NCBI GenBank assembly: GCA_963643345.1 | Contig: CAVIJK010000005.1 | Span: 1-59,090, forward strand | DNA: 59,090 nt | From: a bacterium | GTDB taxonomy: Bacteria > Bacillota_I > Bacilli_A > RFN20 > CAG-826 | Reading direction: 5' to 3' | Part shown: positions 28,093-39,885 of the stretch, in pieces | Numbering within the stretch: the stretch's first letter is position 1 | How the letters are laid out: every line of letters begins with the position of its first letter | The notes under the pieces: model-generated | Databases searched by the model: none | Seen by the model: the letters and a program-made list of their open reading frames with translations, nothing else | Told to the model about the DNA's origin: nothing | Translations under genes and position numbers: made by a program

Positions 28093-29744
28093 AAAAACAA
28101 TCCTTCTTCCATTTGCTTAAAGGCATGCTTTCTTTAGTCAAAGGGAAACGTTATTTAATTGTATTCGCCGTAATTGTTGGAACACTCGGCTTTTTATCGG
28201 CGATGGGTATCACTTTCTTTGGTGGCTTGGCGATTTTAAAACTGTTAAACATCGAGATTGCACTTTCCTGGGGATGGCTAATCGCCTTGATTCTAATATG
28301 TGGTTTTGCAAGAGGTTTCTTGAGATATGCCGAACAATATTTAAATCATTACATGGCATTTACGTTATTAGCACTTGTCCGCAATAACCTCTTCCACGCC
28401 TTAAGAGGCCAGGGCAATAAGGTATTGGACGAATCTAGCAAGGGTGAATTGCTTTCTATCCTCCAAAGCGACACCGAATCATTAGAAGTTTTCTACGCCC
28501 ACACGATTACTCCATTCTTCATCGCGATTTTAACTGAGACCATTGTTCTAGTTTTGCTAGGAGTTCTCATTCATTATTCTTTCTCCCTTGTTGGACTGGG
28601 AATGTATTTACTAATCGGTTTAGTTACTCCGGTTATCTTTTATCTATCAAACCGTAAGTTGGGAATGAAATATAGGGTTAAATTAGCAGAAGCCGAGAAC
28701 CTATATTTAAATTGCTGTTATGGCATTAAAGAAACCCTGTTCTTCCAAAACGAAGCGGGACAATATAAGGAATTAGATAAGTCTACAAAAGAACTTAATT
28801 CCATTTCCAAGAGTTTAAACAATAAGGCCTTAACCTCTTCTTCTGTTGTCTCTTTCTTAATCTTATTAGGAGATTTATTGATAATCCTATTAGGCGCTTA
28901 TCTATTTAAACAACATGCCATCGCATCTCCGTACATCATTTTGGGCTACATGATGATTGCCACTTCTTTTGGCCCGGTCGTGGCTTTAGCCAATTTGCCA
29001 GCGAACCTAACAATGTCATTTGCCTCCGCCAAACGCATCATTCCGTTGATTGAGGAAAAACCAAAGTTGAAAGACGGGGAGAATGATTTTTCGTTCTCTG
29101 ATCTAGAAGTTAATAACGTTAAGTTTAACTACGGAGACAAAGAAGTCCTTAAGGGCATAAATTTTTCCCTTAAAAAAGGTGAAATTATCGGAATTGAGGG
29201 CAAGAGCGGATGCGGTAAGTCCACATTATTTAAGCTATTGCTCCATTTCGAAGAGCCGAATTCAGGCACGATTAAATATAACGGCGAAAACATCTCTTCT
29301 TATTCCAGAGAGGCAATTTCTAAAAACATCACGTTGTTCTCCCAAACCACTTACCTATTTAAGAAAACGATCCGTTATAACTTAAACCTCGCAAAACCGG
29401 GATCTAGCGACGAAGAACTGTATAAGGCTTTAGCTAAAGCCGGTCTAGAAGAGAAAATCCGTTCCTTAAAAAACGGATTAGACACAGAAATTAACGATTT
29501 GGGGGATAATCTATCTAGTGGAGAGAAACAGCGGCTTGGTTTAGCGCGAATCTTTTTAGCGGACACGCCTGTGATTCTATTAGACGAGGCAACAAGCAAC
29601 GTAGATGCCTATAACGAGGCATATATCCTTAACCAATTAAAGAAAGAGAAAGAAGATAAGGCAATAATCATCATCTCTCATCGTCCGACCTCGTTATCAA
29701 TTTGCGACAACATTTACCACATGAAGGATGGAAAACTATGTTAG
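28089..29744 (+). CDS. ABC transporter permease/ATPase, CydC-like thiol exporter subunit
   Basis: It has Walker A (GKSGCGKST), the signature LSSGEKQR and Walker B (ILLDEATS). ATG 28089 has an ATGA overlap with the preceding stop and is preceded by GGGAGGA. Confidence 0.85.
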   Translation: MKKQSFFHLLKGMLSLVKGKRYLIVFAVIVGTLGFLSAMGITFFGGLAILKLLNIEIALSWGWLIALILICGFARGFLRYAEQYLNHYMAFTLLALVRNNLFHALRGQGNKVLDESSKGELLSILQSDTESLEVFYAHTITPFFIAILTETIVLVLLGVLIHYSFSLVGLGMYLLIGLVTPVIFYLSNRKLGMKYRVKLAEAENLYLNCCYGIKETLFFQNEAGQYKELDKSTKELNSISKSLNNKALTSSSVVSFLILLGDLLIILLGAYLFKQHAIASPYIILGYMMIATSFGPVVALANLPANLTMSFASAKRIIPLIEEKPKLKDGENDFSFSDLEVNNVKFNYGDKEVLKGINFSLKKGEIIGIEGKSGCGKSTLFKLLLHFEEPNSGTIKYNGENISSYSREAISKNITLFSQTTYLFKKTIRYNLNLAKPGSSDEELYKALAKAGLEEKIRSLKNGLDTEINDLGDNLSSGEKQRLGLARIFLADTPVILLDEATSNVDAYNEAYILNQLKKEKEDKAIIIISHRPTSLSICDNIYHMKDGKLC

Positions 29745-29887
29745 CGATAGATTTTAGTGAGCCACGCGTTATCGGATTAATCGTTGGGGGAAGCATTGCT
29801 CTAATCTCATTAAGTGCAATTCTAATACGTTATTTAGTTCGCGAGCATAAGCGGAAAAAGAGTTCAAACGAACAAAAAGAAAAATAA
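29738..29887 (+). CDS. Small single-pass membrane protein (49 aa), hypothetical
   Basis: The ATG overlaps the cydC-like stop (ATGTTAG). The sequence MLAIDFSEPRVIGLIVGGSIALISLSAILIRYLVREHKRKK has one TM helix and a basic tail. Confidence 0.4.
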   Translation: MLAIDFSEPRVIGLIVGGSIALISLSAILIRYLVREHKRKKSSNEQKEK

Positions 29888-30016
29888 ATAGATGTAAGAT
29901 GTGCCGTCATTTATGGTAAACAGGAAAGACATCATTCATTGCTTGTAGCTATGGTTCAATAACGAACAACGTGAAATGCGTAAATTTGAATCCAATTAGA
30001 TGCATAAGGATAAGAA

Positions 30017-30053
30017 AAGCCACATCCTCGAGGTTTTCTTTTGGATATGGCTT
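30017..30053. terminator. Bidirectional terminator between the convergent cydDC-like and pyr operons
   Basis: AAGCCACATCC (30017-30027) pairs with GGATATGGCTT (30043-30053). There are T-rich runs on both sides. Confidence 0.55.
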
Positions 30054-30105
30054 GAGTTTTAACTATATAAGTTCGCAATAAATAATTTTTTGCCTGATAG
30101 AAAAA

Positions 30106-31194
30106 TTAATCTTCGCTTTCTTTTTCGCAATATATGCAGCGATAAGTCCCTTTTTCACTTTTTGTGAAAATATTGTCGAGTTCTTGTTCATCCTGAGTAA
30201 CGCATTTAACGTTATGACAATGATATTTGTTGATTAAAACATTGTTTGGATCATAGAGGAGTTCATTCTTCGGGTTCTTCTCTTTCTCAGCAAGAAGCTT
30301 CAGGATAAGTGCCATACGCATATACTTACCATTCAAAGCCTGTTTGAAGTACAAGGCACGAGGATCATCATCAACCTTGACAGAGATTTCGTTAACACGT
30401 GGAAGAGGATGCAAAACAATCATGTCGGATTTAGCCATTTTCATCTTCTCCGCTGTAAGGACATAAGAATTCTTTAGTCTCTCGTATTCATCTTTATCGA
30501 GGAACCTTTCTCTTTGGATGCGAGTCATATAAAGAACATCCAATTGAGGAATCGCCTCTTCCAAAGAGTGAACCTCGACATATTCCATATGATTTTTTTC
30601 GATAACGTCTTCTTTAACGTAAGACGGAATCTTTAATTCATCAGGCGAGATTAAAACCAATTTGACGTTGTTATAGCGGGTTAAGGCTGCGATTAATGAG
30701 TGAACGGTTCTTCCGTATTTTAAATCACCGCAGAATCCAACCGTTAAGTTATCGAATGTGTGTTTTTCTCGATAAATAGTTAATAAATCTGCAAGAGTTT
30801 GGGTTGGGTGAGCATGTCCTCCGTCACCCGCGTTAATAACAGGGATCGAAGCGTTCGTTGCCGCTACGAAAGCAGCGCCTTCTTTTGGAGAACGCATAGC
30901 GATTATGTCAGCGTAGCAAGAGATAATCTTTGCGGTATCCGCGATGGATTCACCCTTCGATGCACTAGAAGAAGATGCCTCGGAGAATCCCAAAACATTT
31001 CCCCCAAGTTCCATCATAGCTGCCGTGAACGATAGTCTTGTGCGGGTTGATGGTTCATAGAAAAGCGTTGCAAGTTTTTTGCCCTCGCAAGCATGGGCGT
31101 ACTTTTTAGGATTGTCGATTATGTCTAAAGCGGAATCCATTAGGTCTTGGAGCTCTTCTTTAGAAAAATCTACGATATCAATTAAGTGTTTCAT
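30106..31194 (-). CDS. pyrB: Aspartate carbamoyltransferase catalytic chain fused to a PyrI-type zinc domain
   Basis: PyrB motifs are present ([18 protein letters not shown]). There is a roughly 60-aa C-terminal extension, [17 protein letters not shown]...YRCIYCEKE, with C-x4-C...C-x2-C like the PyrI zinc domain. Confidence 0.9.
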   Translation of the reverse strand: MKHLIDIVDFSKEELQDLMDSALDIIDNPKKYAHACEGKKLATLFYEPSTRTRLSFTAAMMELGGNVLGFSEASSSSASKGESIADTAKIISCYADIIAMRSPKEGAAFVAATNASIPVINAGDGGHAHPTQTLADLLTIYREKHTFDNLTVGFCGDLKYGRTVHSLIAALTRYNNVKLVLISPDELKIPSYVKEDVIEKNHMEYVEVHSLEEAIPQLDVLYMTRIQRERFLDKDEYERLKNSYVLTAEKMKMAKSDMIVLHPLPRVNEISVKVDDDPRALYFKQALNGKYMRMALILKLLAEKEKNPKNELLYDPNNVLINKYHCHNVKCVTQDEQELDNIFTKSEKGTYRCIYCEKESED

Positions 31195-31196
31195 AT

Positions 31197-31835
31197 TTAG
31201 CGAATCCAGCTTTCATCAGATGGATTGTTTCTGAACTGAATCAATCTTTCAACGTCTTTCTCGGCGATATATTTCTCTTCAGCTGCAACTTTTGCAATAA
31301 CATCAAAATTTGTCAACGAATAGTTGGTTACATTATCCGCTGCAAGTCTTTCAAGCCCTTTCTTCATGCCATAAGTGAAGATAGAGACAACGCCCAATAC
31401 ATTAGCGCCTGCGGCTCTTAAAACATCAACGACTTCAAGAACAGAGCCGCCAGTTGAGATCAAGTCTTCAACCACTACGACTTTTTGTCCTGGTTCAAGT
31501 TTTCCTTCGATTTGGTTTTGGCGTCCGTGATCTTTATTTCCGCTTCTGACATAACCCATAGGCAAGCCCAAAAGATGACCGGTAATTGCGGCGTGAGCAA
31601 TGCCGGCAGTTGATGTACCCATAAGGACTTCAACATCTGGATAATGCAGTTTGATTGTTTCTGCTAAGGCATTCTCAACGTCCGTTCTAACTTTAACATC
31701 GGTTAATGTGAGTCGATTATCACAGTACACCGGGGATTTTATACCTGATGCCCAAGTGAATGGTTGTTCTGGGCGGAAGAAGACTGCTTTGATTGAGAGC
31801 AAGTCTTTTGCGATTAATGTTTCAATGTTTTCCAT
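31197..31835 (-). CDS. pyrE: Orotate phosphoribosyltransferase
   Basis: It carries the PRPP motif [13 protein letters not shown] and sits in pyr operon context. Confidence 0.95.
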   Translation of the reverse strand: MENIETLIAKDLLSIKAVFFRPEQPFTWASGIKSPVYCDNRLTLTDVKVRTDVENALAETIKLHYPDVEVLMGTSTAGIAHAAITGHLLGLPMGYVRSGNKDHGRQNQIEGKLEPGQKVVVVEDLISTGGSVLEVVDVLRAAGANVLGVVSIFTYGMKKGLERLAADNVTNYSLTNFDVIAKVAAEEKYIAEKDVERLIQFRNNPSDESWIR

Positions 31836-31840
31836 ATATA

Positions 31841-32542
31841 TTATTCTCCTACGAATTCTTTAACGCATCTCTTATAAGCGGCAACCGGATCAATCGCTTG
31901 AGTGATAGGGCGTCCAACCACGATGTAATCCGAACCGATTAATCTTGCTTGTTCTGGAGTCATGACTCTTTTTTGATCGCCCTTATCCCCGTCAGCAAAT
32001 CTAACTCCAGGAGTAACGGTGATAAAATTGGAACCGCATCTCTTATGGACCTTTTCCGCCTCTAAAGGAGAGCATACAACTCCATCAAGACCGGACTCTT
32101 TTGCATTCTCCGCATAATGCATGACAACTTCATCAATAGGTTTGTCAATCCATAAATCTTTTGTCATGGATTCTTGGTCGGTTGATGTTAATTGAGTAAC
32201 GGCGATGAGCAATGGCCTGGTACCGTCAGGTCTAGTTAAGCCTTCAATCGCCGCCTTCATCATATTGTTTGTTCCCGCAGCGTGAATGTTGGTCATATCA
32301 ACATCCAAGTGCGATAAAACCGCCATAGCCTTCTTTACGGTGTTAGGGATATCGTGAAGTTTGAGGTCTAAGAATATCTTATGTCCCCTTCTTTTGATTT
32401 CTCTAACAATCTCTGGCCCCTCAGCATAATAAAGTTCCATGCCGATTTTAACGAAAGGTTTACAATCGGTGAACTTATCGAGGAATGCGAACGTTTCTTC
32501 TTTAGAAGCAAAATCGCACGCGACAATTACATCTCTACCCAT
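31841..32542 (-). CDS. pyrF: Orotidine-5'-phosphate decarboxylase
   Basis: Supporting motifs are VACDF, KIGMELY and [13 protein letters not shown]. Confidence 0.95.
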   Translation of the reverse strand: MGRDVIVACDFASKEETFAFLDKFTDCKPFVKIGMELYYAEGPEIVREIKRRGHKIFLDLKLHDIPNTVKKAMAVLSHLDVDMTNIHAAGTNNMMKAAIEGLTRPDGTRPLLIAVTQLTSTDQESMTKDLWIDKPIDEVVMHYAENAKESGLDGVVCSPLEAEKVHKRCGSNFITVTPGVRFADGDKGDQKRVMTPEQARLIGSDYIVVGRPITQAIDPVAAYKRCVKEFVGE

Positions 32543-32545
32543 TTT

Positions 32546-33463
32546 TTATCTCACTCCTTTAATAATATCTTTTAGATTATCGATTTTGTATTTTTCCATA
32601 GCAGATGGCAATCCTTCAATGATTTCTTTGCAGGCGTAAGGATTGACAAGGTTCTCTGCGCCGACTTCTACAGCAGTAGCACCTGCTAACATCATTTCAA
32701 TAACATCTTCCGGCGTTGCAACTCCGCCCATTCCAATAACAGGAATATTAACTGCGTGGGCAACCTGATAAACCATTCTTAAGGCCACAGGGAATATCGC
32801 TCTTCCCGAGAAACCGCCCATTGTATTGGCGATTACAGGCTTTCTGGTCTTCAAATCTATTCTCATGCCAAGAAGCGTATTGATAAGAGATATTCCATCA
32901 GCCCCGCCCTCTTCACATGCCTTTGCTATAGACACTATGTCGGTAACGTTTGGGGATAACTTAATAAGAATCGGCTTCGTTGTGACGCTCTTGACTGCTT
33001 TTGTAACCTCTTTAGCCATTTCCGGGGATGTTCCAAACGCCATTCCTCCGCCATGAACGTTTGGACAAGAGATATTAACCTCAATCCACCCGACTTCAGG
33101 ACATTTGTCAACAAGCGCAGCCACTTTCTTATATTCTTCTAATGAGAATCCAGAAATGTTTGCCATAACCTTCTTATGGAAGACTTTGCGCATTTTAGGA
33201 AGTTCCTCGTTGATTACTTTTTCAACGCCTGGATTCTGAAGGCCGACGGCATTAATCATTCCGGATGTACATTCGGCAATACGTGGAGTTGGATTGCCAA
33301 ATCTAGGCTCTAAGGTCGTTCCTTTAAAAGAAAATGTGCCAAGAACATTGATGTCATATAACTCGGCGAATTCATAGCCATATCCAAAGGTGCCAGAAGC
33401 CGGAATAACCGGGTTATCAAGCTCTATCCCCAAAAGATTGACTCTTAAATCTACTTTTCCCAT
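32546..33463 (-). CDS. pyrD: Dihydroorotate dehydrogenase B, catalytic subunit
   Basis: The sequence is [29 protein letters not shown]..., and the ATG 33463 is preceded by AAGGAGGA. The ORF-track start would overlap pyrK by about 110 nt. Confidence 0.9.
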   Translation of the reverse strand: MGKVDLRVNLLGIELDNPVIPASGTFGYGYEFAELYDINVLGTFSFKGTTLEPRFGNPTPRIAECTSGMINAVGLQNPGVEKVINEELPKMRKVFHKKVMANISGFSLEEYKKVAALVDKCPEVGWIEVNISCPNVHGGGMAFGTSPEMAKEVTKAVKSVTTKPILIKLSPNVTDIVSIAKACEEGGADGISLINTLLGMRIDLKTRKPVIANTMGGFSGRAIFPVALRMVYQVAHAVNIPVIGMGGVATPEDVIEMMLAGATAVEVGAENLVNPYACKEIIEGLPSAMEKYKIDNLKDIIKGVR

Positions 33464-34200
33464 AGGATATCCTCCTTTTGAAATACAGGGCCATCCTTGC
33501 AGACTCTTTTGAATCCTACTTTTGTCTTGATGCTGCAACCCATGCAAGCACCGAAGCCACATCCCATTCTTTCCTCAAATGAGAATTCGCCATCGATATC
33601 AACACGGTTATAAATCGCTTTGAGCATTGGCAATGGCCCACATGTGTAAAAATATGAATTACCAGTTTTTACTGCGTCGGTTACAAAACCTTTGATGCCA
33701 TAACTGCCGTCGACTGTTGTCACGCGAACATTGCACCCAAGTGATTTAAATTCGCTTTCATAAAAGATTTCATCCATGGTGTTGAAACCAAGAATCACAT
33801 CTACATCTAAGCCTTTTTTTCTTAGAGTTTTGGCTAGGTGATATAAAGGTGGAACACCTACACCGCCACCAAGCAACAACGGCTTTGTACCACATTTTTC
33901 CTCATTATAGCCGTTTCCGAGACCAACAAGGCAATCAAGTGAATCTCCGGAAACGAGTTTTGACATTAACTCGGTTCCATGACCCACAACTTTGTAGATG
34001 ATTGTGATGGTTTTATCGTCATAATCGCAGATTGATATTGGACGGCGTAAGAAATAACCATCCAGTTTAACGTTGATGAACTGGCCACTATGAGTGATCG
34101 AGGCGGTATCTCCGACTAACACCATTTCGAAAACGTTTGGTGTTAGAGGTTTGTTGCTTTTAATTAAATATTTTCCCTGATTCATAAGTTTATGCATCAA
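33451..34200 (-). CDS. pyrK: Dihydroorotate dehydrogenase B, electron-transfer (FAD/2Fe-2S) subunit
   Basis: It has an FNR-like fold (RRPISI) and a C-terminal cluster motif (CGFGACMGC). Confidence 0.9.
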   Translation of the reverse strand: MMHKLMNQGKYLIKSNKPLTPNVFEMVLVGDTASITHSGQFINVKLDGYFLRRPISICDYDDKTITIIYKVVGHGTELMSKLVSGDSLDCLVGLGNGYNEEKCGTKPLLLGGGVGVPPLYHLAKTLRKKGLDVDVILGFNTMDEIFYESEFKSLGCNVRVTTVDGSYGIKGFVTDAVKTGNSYFYTCGPLPMLKAIYNRVDIDGEFSFEERMGCGFGACMGCSIKTKVGFKRVCKDGPVFQKEDILWEK

Positions 34201-37200
34201 TCGTCGAGACGTTGATGGTTATCTCCTCAAGGACGTCAAGCAATGCTTTAACGGTATCCAAGGCCGTTAAAACCGTGACGTAGTTTTCCGTTGCGGCTTG
34301 TCTAATCATATATCCGTCAGATTGAATATCGACATTAGATGCGCCTCTAGTATTGATGATATAGGTGATATATCCTTTGCGAATTGATTCGATGATTTCA
34401 TCGGATCCCTCAGATATTTTCTTTCTGACACGTGTTCTAATTCCGTGTTCTTTCAAGAATAAGGCGGTGCCTTTTGTTGCTTCAATGTTAAATCCCAAAT
34501 TATAGAATCTACGAATCAATGGAAGTGCTTCTTCCTTATCATCATCCGCAATAGTAGCAAAGAGTGTTCCGTACTGTTTCAACTTTAAGCCTGAAGCCTG
34601 CATGGCTTTATAGATTGCCCTATTTCTCTTGTCATCATATCCAATTGCCTCACCAGTTGATTTCATTTCCGGGGAAAGATAAGCGTCTAATCCCCTTAAC
34701 TTGGAGAATGAGAAGGCTGGGCACTTTACATATACCCTCTTCTTCTCTTCTGGGTAAAGAACATCGAATCCTTGTTCCTTCAACGACTGGCCAATGATGA
34801 CTTTTGTGCCAATATCCGCGAGTGAGTATCCAGTTGCCTTTGAGAGGAATGGAACGGTTCTAGACGAACGCGGGTTAACCTCAATGATGTAAACGTCCTC
34901 ATTAGAATCAACGATGAATTGGATGTTGTACAAGCCAATGATTCCAACACCTAATCCCAAACGCTTTGTGTAATCCAAAATCGTATCTTTGACTTTCTTG
35001 GACAATGAATATGTAGGATAAACCGAAATGGAGTCGCCTGAGTGGACACCTGTTCTCTCGATGAGTTCCATGATTCCCGGACAGAAAACATCTTTGCCAT
35101 CGCATACGGCATCGATTTCAACCTCTTTACCTCTGATGTATTTGTCAACAAGTACCGGTTTCTTTTCGTCGATCTCTACTGCGGTTTTCAAATAATGGAC
35201 CAATTGTCTTTCGTTATCGACAATCTGCATTGCCCTTCCACCCAAAACGAATGACGGACGGACCAAAACCGGATATCCAATTTCTTTTGCAGCCTCAATT
35301 CCATCTTCGATTTTTGTAACTGCGCGACCTTTTGGTTGTGGGATGTTGAGTTCAAGCAATAATTTCTCGAAGGAATCTCTATTCTCGGCTTTGTCGATTG
35401 CATCACAATCGGTTCCGATAATCTTGACCCCGCGTTTCATGAGAGGTTCTGCAAGATTGATTGCGGTTTGACCGCCTAAAGAAGCGATAACTCCAAGAGG
35501 ATTCTCAAGGTGAATGATGTTCATGACGTCTTCAACGCAAAGAGGTTCGAAATAAAGTTTATCGCTTGTGGTGTAGTCGGTTGAAACGGTCTCAGGGTTG
35601 TTGTTGATGATAATGGCTTCGTAACCGTTGGCCTTTAGGGTCATGACTGCATGGACTGTTGAGTAATCAAATTCAACTCCTTGCCCAATGCGAATAGGTC
35701 CGGAACCCAAAACAATAATCTTTTTTCTATCGGAGACGAGTGACTCATTCTCTTCTTCGTATGTTGAATAGAAATATGGAATGTAGCTTGTGAACTCGGA
35801 TGCGCAGGTATCAATCATCTTATAGACTGGGAAGATATTGTTATCCAATCTCATTTTGTAAATATCGAGTTCATCTTTGTTCCATAGCCATGCTATGGCC
35901 TTATCCGAGAAGCCCATCTTTTTAGCGTCTTTTAAGGCTGTGATATCGCCGACGTTGGCTTTTAATTCATCCTCTTCGCGAATAATGTTCTTAATCTTTT
36001 CGATGAAGAGCATATCAATCTTGGAACGGTCTGCAATCATGCCATAGTCTACTCTTCTTCTGCAAAGTTCAGCAATGGCATAGATTCTGTCATCGGTGCC
36101 ATCTTGTATGTAGTCAAGGAGTTTGTCTGTTTCCCAGTTATCAAACTTCTTCATATGGATATGAGAGACTCCAATTTCAAGGGAACGCATTGCTTTTAAC
36201 AATGATTCTTCTATTGTACGACCGATAGACATGACCTCGCCTGTAGCCTTCATTTGAGTCGAAAGACGGTTGTTGGCATCGGCGAATTTATCAAATGGGA
36301 ATCTAGGCATCTTTGAGACGACATAGTCTAGAGACGGCTCGAATGATGCAGGCGTATTGGCGATTTGAATTTCGTTTAGTAGCATGCCAACCGCAATCTT
36401 TGCGGAGACTCTTGCAATTGGGTAGCCGGAAGCTTTAGAAGCTAAAGCCGAGGATCTAGATACGCGAGGATTGACTTCAATTAAATAATATTTGAACGAA
36501 TGAGGATCGAGGGCAAACTGAACATTGCATCCGCCTTCAATCTTTAATGTTCTGATGATCTTCAAGGCCGAATCACGAAGCATGTGATATTCCTTGTTAG
36601 TCAAGGTTTGAGAAGGACAAACAACAATTGAGTCGCCTGTGTGGATACCAACAGGATCGATGTTCTCCATATTACAAATGGTGATGGCCGTATCGTTATG
36701 GTCTCTCATGACCTCGTATTCAATTTCTTTATATCCTTTAATGGATTTTTCAACGAGTACTTGATGAACAGGGGATAATGCCAAAGCATTCTTCATCATC
36801 TCTTCAAATTCTTCATCATTATAGGCAAAACCGCCACCAGTACCGCCTAAAGTAAAGGCAGGTCTCAAAACGACAGGATAACCGATCCAATGAGCGGCTT
36901 CAAAACCTTCTTCAATGGAATAAACGGTCTTAGAAGGAAGGACAGGTTCGCCAATTGACTGGCATAATTCTTTGAATAATTCCCTATCTTCAGCTTTTTC
37001 GATGGAATCAGATTTGGTTCCCAAAAGCTCGACCTGGCATTCTTGAAGAACGCCTTTTTTCTCTAAGGTGACTGCAAGATTTAAACCAGTCTGACCGCCA
37101 AGCCCTGGAATGAGGGCATCCGGTCTTTCATGGCGGATTATCTTGGCTAGATATTCGAGGGTTAAAGGCTCCATGTAGATTTTATCTGCAACGGCCTTAT

Positions 37201-37369
37201 CGGTCATAATGGTGGCCGGGTTGGAGTTGCAAAGGACAACCTCATATCCCTCTTCTCTTAAAGCTAAGCAAGCCTGCGTTCCCGCATAGTCAAACTCGGC
37301 AGCTTGGCCGATGACGATAGGTCCAGAGCCGATGACTAAGATTTTATGTATATCTGTTCTCTTTGGCAT
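34190..37369 (-). CDS. carB: Carbamoyl-phosphate synthase large subunit
   Basis: The protein is 1059 aa with duplicated ATP-grasp halves and an MGS-like C-terminus. Confidence 0.95.
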   Translation of the reverse strand: MPKRTDIHKILVIGSGPIVIGQAAEFDYAGTQACLALREEGYEVVLCNSNPATIMTDKAVADKIYMEPLTLEYLAKIIRHERPDALIPGLGGQTGLNLAVTLEKKGVLQECQVELLGTKSDSIEKAEDRELFKELCQSIGEPVLPSKTVYSIEEGFEAAHWIGYPVVLRPAFTLGGTGGGFAYNDEEFEEMMKNALALSPVHQVLVEKSIKGYKEIEYEVMRDHNDTAITICNMENIDPVGIHTGDSIVVCPSQTLTNKEYHMLRDSALKIIRTLKIEGGCNVQFALDPHSFKYYLIEVNPRVSRSSALASKASGYPIARVSAKIAVGMLLNEIQIANTPASFEPSLDYVVSKMPRFPFDKFADANNRLSTQMKATGEVMSIGRTIEESLLKAMRSLEIGVSHIHMKKFDNWETDKLLDYIQDGTDDRIYAIAELCRRRVDYGMIADRSKIDMLFIEKIKNIIREEDELKANVGDITALKDAKKMGFSDKAIAWLWNKDELDIYKMRLDNNIFPVYKMIDTCASEFTSYIPYFYSTYEEENESLVSDRKKIIVLGSGPIRIGQGVEFDYSTVHAVMTLKANGYEAIIINNNPETVSTDYTTSDKLYFEPLCVEDVMNIIHLENPLGVIASLGGQTAINLAEPLMKRGVKIIGTDCDAIDKAENRDSFEKLLLELNIPQPKGRAVTKIEDGIEAAKEIGYPVLVRPSFVLGGRAMQIVDNERQLVHYLKTAVEIDEKKPVLVDKYIRGKEVEIDAVCDGKDVFCPGIMELIERTGVHSGDSISVYPTYSLSKKVKDTILDYTKRLGLGVGIIGLYNIQFIVDSNEDVYIIEVNPRSSRTVPFLSKATGYSLADIGTKVIIGQSLKEQGFDVLYPEEKKRVYVKCPAFSFSKLRGLDAYLSPEMKSTGEAIGYDDKRNRAIYKAMQASGLKLKQYGTLFATIADDDKEEALPLIRRFYNLGFNIEATKGTALFLKEHGIRTRVRKKISEGSDEIIESIRKGYITYIINTRGASNVDIQSDGYMIRQAATENYVTVLTALDTVKALLDVLEEITINVSTIDA

Positions 37370-37370
37370 C

Positions 37371-38459
37371 TTACTTCCCCTCCTTCATTAAAGCGATGAA
37401 TTGATCGAACAAATAGGCGCTGTCCTGCGGTCCAGGGCATGACTCTGGGTGATATTGGACAGAGAAGACTTTGTCCTTTTTGCACTCCATTCCTTCAATC
37501 GTGTTATCAAGCAAATTGATGTGCGTCTTAACTAATCCAGTTCCAGCTAAAGAAGCGTCATCAACCGCATAACTGTGGTTTTGCGAGGTGATTTCAACCT
37601 TACCAGTCTTGAGATTCATGACAGGATGGTTTCCTCCGCGATGCCCAAATTTTAATTTGTAGGTCTTTGCCCCATAGGCCAAGGCAATCATCTGATGCCC
37701 TAAACATATACCAAACATCGGATATTTTCCGCGAAGTTTCCTCACGGTCTCGATGACAGGCGTTACATCTTCTGGATCGCCAGGGCCGTTTGAGAGGAAA
37801 ATTCCATCCGGATGCATTTCCTCAATCTTCTCGGCGGGCATATCAAATGGGACAACCGTCACATTGCACCCCCTCTTGTTTAAGGAACGGACGATATTCA
37901 ATTTTATGCCACAATCTATTGCGACCACATTGAACTGAGGGTCTTGAGTTCTGGAATACCATCTCTTTTTGCAAGAGACTTTGCTAACCGCGTCTTTTGG
38001 AACCGGCGTGGCTTTAATCTTGGCGATAGCCTCTTCTCTTGGCGTATCTGCGCTAGTGATAATGACCCTTCTAGAGCCTTTATCTCTGATGGATCTTGTT
38101 ATTTTTCTCGTATCCACCCCGGAAATACCAGTGATGTGATATTCTTCCATAATTTCCGATAAGGTCTTTGTGTATCTGAAATTGGATGGGATGTCATTGT
38201 ATTCCCTGACGATAAGGCCGCCAATTGTTGGGGTCTTGGTCTCATAATCTTCATCTGTGATGCCGTAATTTCCAATTAACGGGTAAGTCATGACAACACT
38301 CTGATTGGTATATGATGGATCAGAAACGATTTCCTGATAGCCAACCATGGAGGTGTTGAAGACGATTTCGGTAACTTTTTCTTCCACGGCTCCGAAAGAA
38401 TAACCATAGTATTCTTCTCCGTCTTCAAGGACTATTTTGCAGTCGAAATCTTTTACCAT
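37371..38459 (-). CDS. carA: Carbamoyl-phosphate synthase small (glutaminase) subunit
   Basis: It has the GATase triad context (GICLGHQ, HPE). Confidence 0.95.
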   Translation of the reverse strand: MVKDFDCKIVLEDGEEYYGYSFGAVEEKVTEIVFNTSMVGYQEIVSDPSYTNQSVVMTYPLIGNYGITDEDYETKTPTIGGLIVREYNDIPSNFRYTKTLSEIMEEYHITGISGVDTRKITRSIRDKGSRRVIITSADTPREEAIAKIKATPVPKDAVSKVSCKKRWYSRTQDPQFNVVAIDCGIKLNIVRSLNKRGCNVTVVPFDMPAEKIEEMHPDGIFLSNGPGDPEDVTPVIETVRKLRGKYPMFGICLGHQMIALAYGAKTYKLKFGHRGGNHPVMNLKTGKVEITSQNHSYAVDDASLAGTGLVKTHINLLDNTIEGMECKKDKVFSVQYHPESCPGPQDSAYLFDQFIALMKEGK

Positions 38460-39649
38460 ACTTTTTTCTCCTTATAGAATGTTGCGATGTTTTTGCCATA
38501 TACCTCATACCCTTCAAATGGCGTTGCCTTGCCTTTTGAGAGGAACTTAGATGAGTCGATTATAGTTTTCTCTTCAAGGTCCCAAACGGTATAGCCGTTA
38601 TACGGGAGATTGAACCTCTTTCTTGGGTTGATTGCCAATAATTCGATTAGCTTTTCTAAAGAAATAATCCCTTTCTTTACTAAATACGTATAGCAAACCT
38701 GGAACGATGTCTCAATGCCAACGATACCAAATGGACTCTTTTCCAAACCGCGACTTTTTTCCTCAGGTGAATGTGGAGCGTGATCGGTTGCAATCATGTC
38801 GATCGTGCCATCTTGCAAGCCTTTTATTAACGCCTCCTTATCCTCACGGCTTCTCAGAGGAGGATTCATTTTCCATCTTCCTTCCTCTTTTAAGTCATTT
38901 TCGTCTAATACGAGGTAATGCGGAGCAGTTTCACAAGTAACATCTGCGCCCATAGCTTTGTATTTACGGATGATTTCCACCGATTCCTTGGTAGAAATGT
39001 GACAAACGTGATATTTGCATCCGGTTTCTAACGCCAGCTGGCAATCCCTAGCGATTTCTTCGTATTCGGACGCAGAACAAATGCCTCTGTGTCCATGTTC
39101 TTTTGCGTATATCCCATCATGGATATATCCGCCATGCAGGAGAGAGTTAACTTCGCAGTGAGCTACAACTATCTTCCCCAAAGCCTTTGCTTGGAGCATT
39201 GCTTTACGCATAACTTCACCATCTTGTATGCCTCTTCCATCGTCTGAGAAGGCCACTACATAATCTTTCATCTCATCAAGAGCGGCAATCTCTTCCCCTT
39301 CCTCGTTAACGGTAATCGAGCCGTAAGGAACGACGCTGATGACTGCGTCTTTATTGATTATGTCCATCTCTTCTTTTAGATGCTCATAATTATCCGGTAC
39401 CGGTTTAAGGTTTGGCATTGTGCACACGGTTGTGTAACCGCCATGCGCGGCCGCAAGAGTTCCGTCTTTAATTGTTCCTTTATATGAAAAACCCGGCTCC
39501 CTGAAGTGAACATGAACATCAGCGAAACCAGGAAATACTATATAACGTGAACAATTCAAATCCTCAAATTGAGGGTTATTTTCCAAAAAATGAAAAAAAT
39601 CACCCCACGAGAATTTCTCTGGGATGCGCTTAATTCGTAGTTCCTTCAT
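38453..39649 (-). CDS. pyrC: Dihydroorotase
   Basis: Supporting motifs are DVHVHFREPG and TDHAPH. A GGAGGT SD lies 8 nt upstream of the ATG. Confidence 0.95.
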   Translation of the reverse strand: MKELRIKRIPEKFSWGDFFHFLENNPQFEDLNCSRYIVFPGFADVHVHFREPGFSYKGTIKDGTLAAAHGGYTTVCTMPNLKPVPDNYEHLKEEMDIINKDAVISVVPYGSITVNEEGEEIAALDEMKDYVVAFSDDGRGIQDGEVMRKAMLQAKALGKIVVAHCEVNSLLHGGYIHDGIYAKEHGHRGICSASEYEEIARDCQLALETGCKYHVCHISTKESVEIIRKYKAMGADVTCETAPHYLVLDENDLKEEGRWKMNPPLRSREDKEALIKGLQDGTIDMIATDHAPHSPEEKSRGLEKSPFGIVGIETSFQVCYTYLVKKGIISLEKLIELLAINPRKRFNLPYNGYTVWDLEEKTIIDSSKFLSKGKATPFEGYEVYGKNIATFYKEKKVW

Positions 39650-39692
39650 CGATCTACCTCCAGGTGGAAGATGGATTATTTCCGGGATTTAT

Positions 39693-39722
39693 TTATACCA
39701 TAAATGTGCCTCACTGTCCAAA
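39693..39722 (-). promoter_or_regulatory. Predicted sigma-A promoter of the pyr operon
   Basis: On the minus strand, TTGGAC (39722-39717) is followed by 18 nt and then TGgTATAAA (-10 at 39698-39693). The leader to the ATG is about 35-40 nt. Confidence 0.45.
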
Positions 39723-39851
39723 AAGAAAAGGCTTTCAATTTCTTGTAAAATTACCCACCTTATGAACGACATATTAAAAATGGTTCGGATTAATCGGAAT
39801 AATTCTCGAAATCGGATATTTTCCCAATAAGAGTTTTTTCGTATATTTCAC

Positions 39852-39879
39852 TTGAAACTATGGTTTAAGAAACTACAAT
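39852..39879 (+). promoter_or_regulatory. Predicted sigma-A promoter of the thrS leader
   Basis: TTGAAA (39852-39857) is followed by 16 nt and then TACAAT (39874-39879). Confidence 0.5.
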
Positions 39880-39885
39880 TATTAA

